From Camelus dromedarius (lineage: Eukaryota): DNA of 64,000 nucleotides. The stretch's first letter is position 1, and each line of letters starts with the position of its first letter. The translations under genes were made by a program, and so were the position numbers. The notes beneath the pieces were generated by a model, which was not told the DNA's origin, ran no database searches, and saw only the letters and a program-made list of their open reading frames with translations. The stretch is from the NCBI RefSeq assembly GCF_036321535.1, contig NC_087437.1, positions 102,736,001 through 102,800,000 of the forward strand, given 5' to 3'. This document shows positions 27,946 to 38,800 of the stretch, piece by piece.

Positions 27946-29124
27946 ACAGCCATGTAACAATCAGTCACATGAAAGACACAACAGATCTGGCATCACAGGA
28001 ACCCCCTCCAAATCCTCTTCCGGCCACTACACCCTGAGACAACATGATAATGACCTTAATTAACAGCAAAGAGGTTTTGCTTATTTTCCAACTTTATATT
28101 ATTACAACCATTCACTTCATACTATTTATGTTAAGTTTCTTTCACTCAACATTATATTGAAGAAATTCATTCATTTACGGAGCAATAGTTCATTCATTCT
28201 CTGCTTTATGGTATTTTATTTTGTGAATAAATTTATCCATATGACAACTGAGGGGAATTTTTGATTGTTTCCAATACTGGGTTGTTAGGCATAATGTTAT
28301 TTGATATGTCTTTTTTTCTGAATATTTGTGCATTTCTGGTGTATATCTAGGAGTGAAACTCCTGGATCATAAAATTTACACATTTCTATGTAGCTTTACT
28401 GGGTGATGGCAAACAATTTTCTAAAAGGCGATACCAATTTATATTCTTAAAGCATTTTTTCTCATTGAATTGTTGGAGTTCTTTATACATTTTGGATTGT
28501 CATCCTTTGTTGTATAGATGTATTGTAAATACCTTCTCTCACAAAGTGACATTCATTTTCACTTTTTAGGTTGACTTTTGAGAAATAAAAATCTTAATTT
28601 TAAGGCAAGCACTTTCCCTTTTTCTTTCAAATTTAGCACTCGTGTCTTTTCAAAATGTCCTCTGCCTACTGAATGTCTGAAAGATACTCTCATACAAGTT
28701 TTTTCTTTTATTCTCAATTTTTTGGTTTATATTTAGATCTAAACTCCACCAAGTATTTTTAGGAGATAGGAAATAGTATGAAGGGAAATAGAGATCAAGA
28801 AAATTTTATTTTCCATGTGAATATCCAATATACTTCACTTAGTCTACTGGTCCACCGTTGCATCTACTCTGCTGTTTCAATAACTGGAATTTTATATTAA
28901 GTAATTTCTCTGTTTATTTCTTCTTCAAGATTGTCTGGTCTTTTTTTTTGGCCTGAGCAGATCCACATAAATTTAGATTCAACTTGTTTATGGACACACA
29001 GATACATACAGACAATACAAAACCAGCTAGAATATTAATTGAGCTGTCATTGAACCTACATATTAATTTATGGAAAAGGGACATATTTACATTATTAAGC
29101 TTTCTGATCCTTTCTGTACTTATG

Positions 29125-29470
29125 TATTTTTTTAAGATAAAGGTATTTTTAGAGCACTTTTGGGGTTCACAGTAAAACTGAGACAAAGGCACTGAGATTT
29201 TCCGTATTCCCCCTGCCCCTACACATGTACCGCCTCCCCCGCTATCACTGTCCCCCATCAGAGTGGTGCATTTGACAAAACTGATGAATCTGCATTAGCA
29301 CATAATAATCCCACAAAGTTCACAGTTTACCTCACAGCTCACTCGTGATGTATATTCCATGGATATGGTCAAATGTGGTATATTACAGATCCAGCATTAT
29401 AGTGTCACACACAGTAGTTTCACTGCCATAAAAGTCCCCTGTGCTTCCTCTATTCATATCTCCCTCTGCC
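29125..29470 (-). mobile_element. LINE-1 3' end (L1MC1-like)
   Basis: TTTTTAGAGCACTTT...GGTTCACAGTAAAACTGAG...CATCAGAGTGGTGCATTTG...TTTCACTGCCATAAAAGTCCCCTGTGC. Same family as 815-1050, opposite strand. Confidence 0.85.
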
Positions 29471-29569
29471 TCCATTTTTTATAGTCAAATTTGATTTTAC
29501 TCAAGTGGTATTTTGTTGTTTTTATTGTATATATCCTGCACATCTTTCATTGTTCCTGGACATTTGGGT

Positions 29570-30049
29570 TTTTTGTTTTTCTTTTGCTTTTTTATTAAAA
29601 TAGAGTTGATGTAAAACATTATGTTATAGGTGTACTATATAGTGATTTGACATTTGCATGCATTATGAAATGATCACGACAGTAAGACCAGTAACGATCT
29701 GTCCCCGTTAAAGTTACTACAATATTATTGACCATATTACTTATGATGTACATTGCATCATCATGGCTTATTTATTTTATAACTGGAGGTTTTTGCCTTT
29801 TAACACCTTTCACCTACTTCATCTACCCACTCTCATTCCCTCTGGCCACCATCCCTTTGTTCTCTGTATCTATAGGTCTGTTTTCATTTTGTTTTGTTTG
29901 TTTATTTTGTTTTTTAAATTCTACACATTAGTGAGATCATATATTTGTCTTCTTCTGTCTGACTTATTTCACTTAGCTTAGCATAATGCCCTTTAGATAC
30001 ATCCATGATGCTGCAAATAGGAAGACTTTTTAGGGCTGAGTAATATTCC

Positions 30050-30091
<42 letters not shown>

Positions 30092-31115
30092 CATATATAT
30101 ATATATATGTATTTATGTATACATATATATGGCAATTTCTTTATCCAGTCATCTATCAGTGGACACTGAGGTTGATTCTATATATATATCTTGGCTAATG
30201 GAAATAATGCTACAATGAACATTACTGTGCATATATCTTTCCAAATTAGTGTTTTTATTTCTTTAGGGTAAATACCCAGAAGTAAAATTGCTGGATCATA
30301 TGAAAATTCTATTTTTAAATTTTTGAGGGAATTCCAAACTGTTTTCCACAGTGGTTGTACCAATTTACACTCCCCCCAGCAGTGCATGAGGGTTTCCTTT
30401 TCTACACATCCATGTCCCCATTTGTTATCTCTTGTCTTTTTGATGATATTGCCAGCCCACTGGTTGGTGGGGCCAAGTTCCTAGTGCTACAGGCTAGAAG
30501 GAAATTTCCAAAATTGCACATCAGTACTAGTGTGAGAGCAGTAAAATGAGCTCCCCAAAATGGCTGCCCCAAGTGTCTGGGTCTCAGGGAGATCCCCAGC
30601 TGCCTCCTGTCTCTGCAGGAGGCTTTCCAAGATCAGCAAGTGGGTCTGACCCAAGCAACTGGGTTCCTCTCAAACAACCTCTGTGCTAGGACTTGGAGTG
30701 TGTGAGATTTTGTGTATGCCCTTTAACAGTGGACTTTCTGTTGGCTACAGCCCTCCAGGTCTCCTGAATGTAAGCCACATTGATTTTTCAAAGCCAGACA
30801 TTCTGCGGGCTTATCTCCTCAGTGCAAGACCTGGGCTGGAGAGTCCAGTGTGGTACTTGGACACTTTGCTCCTTCAAGAGGACTTCTGTTTGTGTATTGC
30901 TATCTTGGTAGTGTGGGTCTTGGCTATACTATTTGATCATCTCTCCTACCCATCTTGTGATTTCTTCTTATGTCTTTAGTTATGGAAAATCTTTCCTGCC
31001 AGTTTTCAGGTCATTCTCCTAGACAGTTGCTCTGTAAGGAGTTGTAATATCAATGTACCCCTGGGAGGACATGTGTTCAAGGTCTTCTTACCCTGCTGTT
31101 TTGGCCACCTTTTGA
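29570..31115 (-). mobile_element. Internally deleted LINE-1: 5'UTR (31115-30450) joined to ORF2 C-terminus and 3'UTR (30450-29570)
   Basis: ORF 30178-30387 encodes [17 protein letters not shown]...YDPAILLLGIYPKE (L1 ORF2 C-terminus). Immediately upstream on the minus strand lies GC-richer sequence starting GGCCAAAACAGCAGGGTAAGAAGACCTTGA, resembling an L1 5' terminus. Confidence 0.78.
30053..30130. repeat. (TG)n followed by (TA)n microsatellite inside L1
   Basis: Directly visible; interrupts the L1 ORF2 remnant. Confidence 0.95.
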
Positions 31116-32738
31116 CCTCTGATGTTTTTTGATGACACAGTAAGTGAGAATCATTTTTAAAAATTACATAATTAGTATTTTTGCAGCCAGTAGATGGAAG
31201 TACAGTTAATTCACTTAATTTGTGTAAATTTCCTAATATATATTGACTTTGGTAAAATTATTAGCCCTAAATTTTTGTTTGTAAGATTTTCTATGGACAA
31301 AATTTTTTGATATGCAATTAATTGCTATGCTAATTTATCCTTTATAATTATTTACTTTTTATTTATTTTTAATGTTTTATAGGTTGAATACCAGTAAAAT
31401 CTTGAACAGACAAAATATCCTGAAGGAATATTTGTAATAATTTTTCATTAGTGATATATTCCTTTCCTCTAGTTGTGTGTATGTGTGTGTGTGTGTGCTC
31501 CTTAACTCATTAAGGGATGTTCCTTCCATCCCCCAGTTTACTGGGAATTTGTTTCATGACTGTATGGGAATTTTGTCATAGATTTTCTGTGAATGAGACA
31601 GGGTTGATCTTTAAATGTTAAGCCAATTTTCTTTGTAACTGAAATAAGCCTCACTTGGTCTTTGTAGTATCCTAATTACATATAGATACAATTTTTTCAT
31701 TACGATATAATATATACTTCTCCACCCACCCATTTATTTAAATCTTTCTATGGCCTTCACTTGATGTGAAGCTCTTAAAAGCAGTCTATGGGTGTATTTG
31801 TTTTTATTCAAGTCTGATCATCTTGGACCTTTATTCTGAGTAGTTTCTATTTAGATAATTAATTAATGGCATACTTGACATTTATGCCCTCTTTTCTATT
31901 TTTCACTCATCTTTGTTCTATTTTTTCTTATTCTTCTTCCTTCATTCTTTTGCACTAAAAAGTATTTCCTTCTTATCTTTACAAACTAGTTAGTTACAGA
32001 CACTTAAAAATTTCAAAGGTGAAACTAATGATTACAACATGAATTCTTGACTTATTATTACTTCTCCAAGATAATTTTCTCCTGAAAAGTAATCAATCAC
32101 CTTATTAAGTCATCGTTTTTGCTTTTAGTACAATTTTGTTTCCAGAACATTTATTTTTCACTTCACAAGTGCTTTAAGATTTAATGATTACTTTCTAAAA
32201 TCAATGATCACCAGGGACCAGAGATCAAACTTCCCTCTGAATCTTCTTGCAGAAGTTTGAAAGAGAAATAATTATTTTACTAGAAAACGGCTGTCAGACA
32301 AAAGGCAAGGAAAGAAGCAAAGAGGGACAAAGAATAAGTCCCAAGAAATGCATTTATTTTGAAACCCAAGTATAGCTAATATCTAATTAGCTTCTCAAGT
32401 TTAAATCAGTTAAGCAAAGAAGATCTAGCCAAATAAGAAATATTTTAAAATTTTTATCTTCGTTATTTGTATTCTTAGAAAATTAGGAGCTTCCCAAATC
32501 AGTTTCTTACTTTTCTTCATTCAAGTTATCTTTCTCAACACCTATCAAGGATTGAATGCTGCTTGTTTAAAGACGTATTTAATGTAATACTTTAATGAAG
32601 TATTTGCTATTTTTACTGATGTAGCCAATAGTGTTTTTAATAGTACCATTTTCCTATTTCTTTAAAATAATTAATTCATATCATATTAATTCATAATTAA
32701 TTAAATCATATGAATTTCAACCATATATTGTAAATTTC

Positions 32739-32880
32739 TTTTTCTTTTCTTTTTTTTTTTATGAGGGGGAGGTAATTAAGTTTCTTCATTGATTTCCGCT
32801 TGGAAGAGGTACTGGGGATGGAACCCCTGACCGTTTGGGTGCTGAGCACGTGCTCTACCACTTGAGCTATACCCTTCCCC
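32739..32880 (-). mobile_element. tRNA-derived SINE (camelid Vic-1-like)
   Basis: Minus strand reads GGGGAAGGGTATAGCTCAAGTGGTAGAGCACGTGCTCAGC...GGTTCCATCCCCAGTACCTC...AATTACCTCCCCC then poly(A), with pol III A and B boxes. Perfect 17-bp TSD CATATATTGTAAATTTC at 32722-32738 and 32881-32897. Confidence 0.93.
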
Positions 32881-35800
32881 CATATATTGTAAATTTCATA
32901 AGTGCATATGTCTTATTGATCAGCAATATATCTTATTGTGTTTAAATTACTTGTGTGGTCACCCTGAACTTATCTGTAATGAAAATTCAAAATTTTGCAA
33001 TACAAGAGAAACAAAGAGAGGACTCTCCCTGATAGTTATTTTGATGGTAGATCTTTGTTTTCTGTAATTTAATATTGTAAAGTTGGCTCTTCTTATTATG
33101 AAGTTCTACCTATCTTATATTTTTGAAAATCTATAAGGGTCCTTTTAAAATAAAAATGTAGCTAGAAACCAAGTACTTGTTACTAATAATCTTAGCATCT
33201 CATAGAATCAGCCCCAGTAAGATTTCAAGCTGACTTTTCTAACAAATCGAGATTTTAAATGATTCAATATTCTAAATTCTTTCTTACCTTACAACTTGAG
33301 TATATCTGGATTTGTGTCAGGTACTAATTTTATCTCTTATTTCTGGTCCCTGACTGTGCCAATTATCCTCCTTTTTCTTATTATGAGTATATAGAAAAAC
33401 TGCCTAAAACATTCAGATAATATAATATCCCCTAAATTTCTTCTTTAAAAGTTTTAATTTTTCTTTTCTTTAAATATGTTTGCATTTCGAATCTTCAGCA
33501 AGTTAAACATAGGATAGTATATCTGTTATTGGCATTATAAGCAGGTTAGTTAAAGTCATTTTCTTACTTTTTACAAGTTATAAATAGCTTCCCATGGCAA
33601 AGTGATAAACAATATCTTATAGCAAAAGAATCGAAGATTATACTGACTGAAAAGAGAATTCAATTTACTTTCACATGACATTTATTCATTTATTATGTTA
33701 AACTTGAAAAGACCACAGACTATAAAGATGATGAAAATTTTGCCAACACATTTATATATGAAGCTTCAGTTTCTCTCAACTTTAATAAATTATCATGCTT
33801 CAAAAATTTAATTTATTTCTTCACTGTAGGAATTGCTTTAAGTTTTTTTTATAACTCATCTAAGACAAAAGCATTAATTATTAGTCAAAATGGCAATTAA
33901 AATCCATAGCATATCACTGATGTGACAAACTATATTTTGTGAGACCAAAAACTTACATTTATTTTTTTTTAAATAAAAGTAACTAGAATAACATTCTGGT
34001 AAACATTTATTTTTACCCCACTTCCCTCTTTTTTTTTTTTTTTTTTTCATTGTTTCCTACTACACACTTCTGTGTGTGCACAATGTGAAAAGTGGTGGGT
34101 AAATTTTAACAGATGTCATCATAAAAGATAAGAAATAACTACACAGAATTCATGTATTGTTGATTCCCATTAAAAAGACATTTGTTCAGCTCATATATTA
34201 GCAAAAAATATTATTCTTATCACATGAAACAGTGATATAAATGCTGTTAACAAACAGAAAATTTATTCAGATTTATACAAACTTTTACCACCAGCCTTCA
34301 GCTCACTAACTGTTCTAATTTTTGACCTACAACAATTCTCCCATTTGTTTTAAATTTCAGTCAACTTGGGACAAGAAATTTTGACCCTCTCTAGAAAAAT
34401 GAAAAGTTAGAAAATGACAGAATTGTCTCATAGTATAGATCTTGTTTCCTCAGTTTCAGCAAATCTCTGAAATCTCAAGGTAAGATTTGCCTCCAATTCT
34501 GGATGTTTGTCTTTTTCATAATCTATAGGATTATTTATAGTTCATTATTTTGAAGAAACAAACAAAAACACCCCAATTGCTGAAACTTTCACGAACAATA
34601 AAAAAATGTAAGTTAGTATCTTTTGGTACAAAAGACTTTCACTAACTGAAGCCTTTAGAGAAATTTAAATTTATCACAAGGAAACTATGTGTTTGATAAC
34701 AGATGAAGTGGTAGGATGTTCCCCCTGCAAATTTGCAAATTTACACCAAGGATAGGTTTCCCCTATGTTCTATAATGCAAAGCCATGCAAGGAAACATAC
34801 GCATTTTCTATCTTCCTGTTTTTATACTAATAAGATAGAGATAAGAAGAAAGATACAGAATATAATTATTGAGCATATTACACTTATTATTTTTAAGGAC
34901 CTTTAAGACTCTAGAATTGTAGCATCTTCCTAATCTTGATAGCTTTCTTTTTTTGTTTGTTTGTTTTGCAAGGGAATAAGCAAGGAAAAATGGGTATTGT
35001 TCTATATATTTTTATAATTCAAGACTTTCATTATCTTGACTTAGAGAAATAAAATTTGTGTAACCCTGACTTGAGAACCACACATTAAGCTTCTACTTCA
35101 ATTTTGAAGTAGTGTAGAAGGTCAAAGCATAATCTGGGGACTGGGACTTAGCTTTCCCCAGCTAGGGTTATGATTTACATCCCTTCTGGGATGGCCTATC
35201 CCACCAAGAAATCACTGTAACAGGAATGTTTTTCTGATGTTCACTCTTGGAGGGAGCCACCCCCATACATGTGTTATTCAGTTACTGCCCTGAATCTACT
35301 TTTCTGACTAGCGAAATTCATTAAAATCTCTCTCTCTCTCTCAGTGCACCACCCCCCAATCTGGTTTTCAAATTTATCTCTGTTTGTTCTTGTTTTCCAG
35401 TGTGATATAAAATTTTGCACTTAAGGTATGTGGACTCTCAGAAGACCTTGTGTGAATGCTGTGTCTCCAAGTGATTGGATGAGTGTTCTTCAATAAGATC
35501 TGAAACTTTGTTCTCCCACGAGTAAAAGCAGGGTACAGAATATAACCTATTAGATTGTTCTGAAAGTTGTCAAGAGTTTTTAGTATATTTTCCCTAGCAT
35601 GTTGCCTAAAAACAAGCAATTCTTAACAAATGTTACCTTCATCCTTTACCTCCCTGTCTTAGCATTTCAACTATCTAAATTTTATCTCCTTTATTCCTTA
35701 TGTTATATGGTGTGAAAATTGTAATGAAATATAAAATATGCGAATGAAGGCTATTTTACAACTTGGGGCAATTGTTTTGTTGTAAAGCTTTTACATTCAG

Positions 35801-36288
35801 AGACTTAGCCCCTAGGATTTTTCTGGAATGATTGGCAGAGTTTTCAGTTAATTTCGGGAGAAGCAATTTAAGCCTCTTAGCTGTGAGATATTCTTTAACC
35901 CTTCAGAACAGCACTTGGAAATTAAAGATTGGATTGTTGCTAGAATATGATTTCCCCAATTTAGAAAAAGATGGAAACAGTGATGAAAAGAATTCAATGG
36001 ATTCAGCTACCTTTATTCTATCCTGGTAGGTTGTAGACAGTTGTGTGAAAAACCAGACAAATAAAGAAGAAGTAAGGAAAGTTAATAGAAACAGTTTTCA
36101 AAGAAATAGCAAGGAAATGCCTCAGTCAAATAAAAATGTTAAAAGTCGGCAAAAGAGAGACAAATACTAGGTCCTAGAGGAAATAAATTTGTCTAATAGC
36201 AAAAGCCACTAAGCCATCCAATTATTGCCTTTAGTTCTAAAACCGGAGAACCCAAGTCTAGGAAATATAGACAGAAATGACGCTACAT

Positions 36289-37025
36289 CATCATTCCTCA
36301 AAGTATGTTCCGAGTGACAGCAGATCCTGTGGGAGGTTTAATAGAAAACAATGATAACATCTTGGCATCTAAAAGGTTTAGGAAACAGGAGTTATCCTCA
36401 ACAGAGTCTCTCCTTGGCCAAATTTTGGGTAGACTCTTCAGAGTTCTCTTCTAGACGAGGCTCCACCTCCGGCTTTCATGCCCTTCCTTGTGGATTCCAG
36501 TTCCAGCAAGAATCCTGCTCAGACAATTTGGTAAGAATCTCCACCTTTAAGATCTGATCAGATGTTTCATCCCTCACCCTTGGTATCTGATTAGCCTGGC
36601 CTGTCTTCAGCAAGAAGCCTATTAAGTCAGTGTAGCCAGAATCCCTCCTTACCCCTGAAGTTCCCTCTTAGTAAGTTTTCCATCCGCCGACTTCCCACCC
36701 TGCTTCGTGGCTCTAAATTCTCACTTGTATTGGAAATAGAGCTCAGTTCAGTGCTGAGGTCTCTTTCCTCCTACTCCAATGGTTTTTCTGAGTAATATCT
36801 GCTTTGACCGCATTAACATACATCCTCTGGCTTTCTTTGACATCCCTCTCCATCATTTGCAATAGTATTTGAAGGCATCAGCGATATCCTGAAGTAAATA
36901 ATACCATTCAAATTGGTACAACCTCTTGGTTATTATAATGAACACATTTTCCATTTGTTTTAATGCAAAAAATAATTAACAACCTAAGCATTATTGTATT
37001 ACAAGACATGCTTCGAGAAATGCTG
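36289..37025. mobile_element. Old hAT-Charlie-type non-autonomous DNA transposon, split by an LTR
   Basis: Imperfect terminal inverted repeats CATCATTCCTCAAAGTATGTT and GACATGCTTCGAGAAATGCTG (16/21 match). Subfamily uncertain. Confidence 0.55.
36398..36842 (+). mobile_element. MER31-like ERV1 solo LTR
   Basis: TCTCTCCTTGGCCAAATTTT, repeated CAGCAAGAATCCTG/CAGCAAGAAGCCTA units, CCCTTGGTATCTGAT, and a terminal TTCTTTGACA match the recalled MER31 consensus. Confidence 0.82.
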
Positions 37026-37590
37026 CTCTATGAAAATTCCTTATTACTTGTGCTAGTGAAACGAGCTCAGAGTCAGAGAAATTTATCATTTCTTTGACTT
37101 CTGGTCCTGGTAATGATTTCCTTAACCCATAAATTGGAGGATTAAGGCCTTAGACTTTAAATTTTATTTACTGAAATACTTTTATTGCAAATATCCATAT
37201 GATTCATTATGAATACGATACACCATCTTGAAATCATTTAACAAGTCAACCTGAAAGCGTATGTGTGGTGATTTATATATTATATTTAGAGACAACATTT
37301 TAAAGCAAGTCTGCAGGGACTTGCCAATGTGTAGAACCTCCAGATTGGCCCATAAAACTCATCTCCACTGGTTTTAAAAATGTATTTTTCATTTGAACCA
37401 TTAATATTTAGAGTTTATTTTCATATGGCATGGTTTATCTGAATATTTTCAAGTGTCTCTGAGATCACTGTGTAATAATTCAACATCATTCAAACATGGG
37501 CCCTCTAGTGTAGTGACAGTGTTATTAATTCTGGTTTAACTGTATTTTGGGTGAAGTAGAATGTATCCTAGATTTAAGATCAGGACAAGG

Positions 37591-37760
37591 AGGAGGGGTA
37601 TAGCTCAAGTGGTAGAGCATGTGCTTAGCATGCATGAGGTCCTTTGCATGCATGAGGTCCTAGGTTTAATTCCTAGGTACCTCCTCTAAAAGTAAATAAA
37701 CATAATTACCCACCCATCTGCCAAAATAAAATAATTAAATAATATATAAATAATAATAAA
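37591..37760 (+). mobile_element. tRNA-derived SINE (camelid Vic-1-like) with an internal duplication
   Basis: AGGAGGGGTATAGCTCAAGTGGTAGAGCATGTGCTTAGCATGCATGAGGTCCT...TACCTCCTCT...AATTACC and an A-rich tail. TSD AAGATCAGGACAAGG (37576-37590) and AAAATCAGGACAAGG (37761-37775). Confidence 0.93.
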
Positions 37761-38591
37761 AAAATCAGGACAAGGTAGTTCAAGTCCTTACTTAGTCAAT
37801 TGTCAGTTAATTCCCTGCAGTCAGTTTTCTCACTGGTTAAGGCTTTACCTGACTAAGTTATGAATTTCAAAACAGACCAAATATGATACATAAAAGGTTT
37901 TTTCTAAATCCCAAAATAGTCTACAAGCTTAAGTTAGTATTTTCATTGCAGTTTTGTATTTACATGGCTTGTCTTTGCCCTATGAATATACTGAGAAAAT
38001 TTCTAACTATTTTGAGCAATGCATATTCTATATCTCATCACCACAATCACCAACAGAAATGAGCTGAAAATGAAACAAGAGGAGAGATTAAAGTACATTT
38101 CATAGGACACAAACACTAGAAAGGAAGTATCTCCTGTTAATATTTGTACCTCTACCTAGAGTCAAGCATAATGATATGCATTAGAATATACTCAATGAAT
38201 TTACCTTGGACTGAGCTATGGGAGGAATGCAGACAACAAATTTTGCGAACAGTGTGATGCAAGCAATTTTAATGACTTGGATCTTTCCTTTCTGATTATT
38301 TCTACATTTCTTTTTAGCTCAGGTCACCTATATTTTTTCCCATTCGTACTGGTCTCATCAAAGGAAATAATAAACATTTATTGATGCTTTGTCATTTTAA
38401 AGAAATTGAGTACAGTGTGAGAATTTGTATATAGGGAGTAAGATTGTTTTTGAGAACACAGATATTAAGGCTCTGATCACTTCTTGGGTGTCATAAATAT
38501 GCGTGGATGCTTGTCTCATCTCTGTGTGGATGGCTTTATCAAAACACAAATAATATATACCTTTAAAGGGGAAAAGTATAATCGTGTACAC

Positions 38592-38800
38592 ATGCACTGT
38601 CCAATAGGATGGCTACTAGTTACATGTGGTTATTTAAATTTAAAATTCTGAAAATTAAATACAATGTAAAGATCAGTTCCTCAGCATCACTGGCTACATT
38701 TCAAGTATTTAATAGCTACGTGTGGCTAGTGATTATGGTACGAGCAGCGCCAACTATGGAACATTTCTATCACTGCAGGAAGTCCTGGTAGACAGTGCTG
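38592..38800 (-). mobile_element. MER3 (hAT-Charlie), full-length
   Basis: 209 bp. GCACTGTCCAATA...TACATGTGGTTATTTAAATTTAAA...CAGTTCCTCAG...ACATTTCAAGT...GGAACATTTC...GACAGTGCTG is the reverse complement of MER3. Confidence 0.9.

Larger units (their letters stand above)
27225..32200 (-). mobile_element. Old L1ME-type element, fragmented by three later insertions
   Basis: T-skewed reverse L1 3'UTR/ORF2 words (TTTCACTCAACATTAT, ATCTAGGAGTGAAACTCCTGGATCAT, TTCCATGTGAATATCCAAT, TTAATTTATGGAAAAGGGACATATTTAC) resume on both sides of each insertion. Confidence 0.7.

Noticed and set aside
37591..37690. tRNA gene (also 32800-32880)
   Set aside because: The tRNA-like A/B boxes are followed by a SINE-specific tail and A-rich end and are flanked by TSDs, so these are SINE heads.
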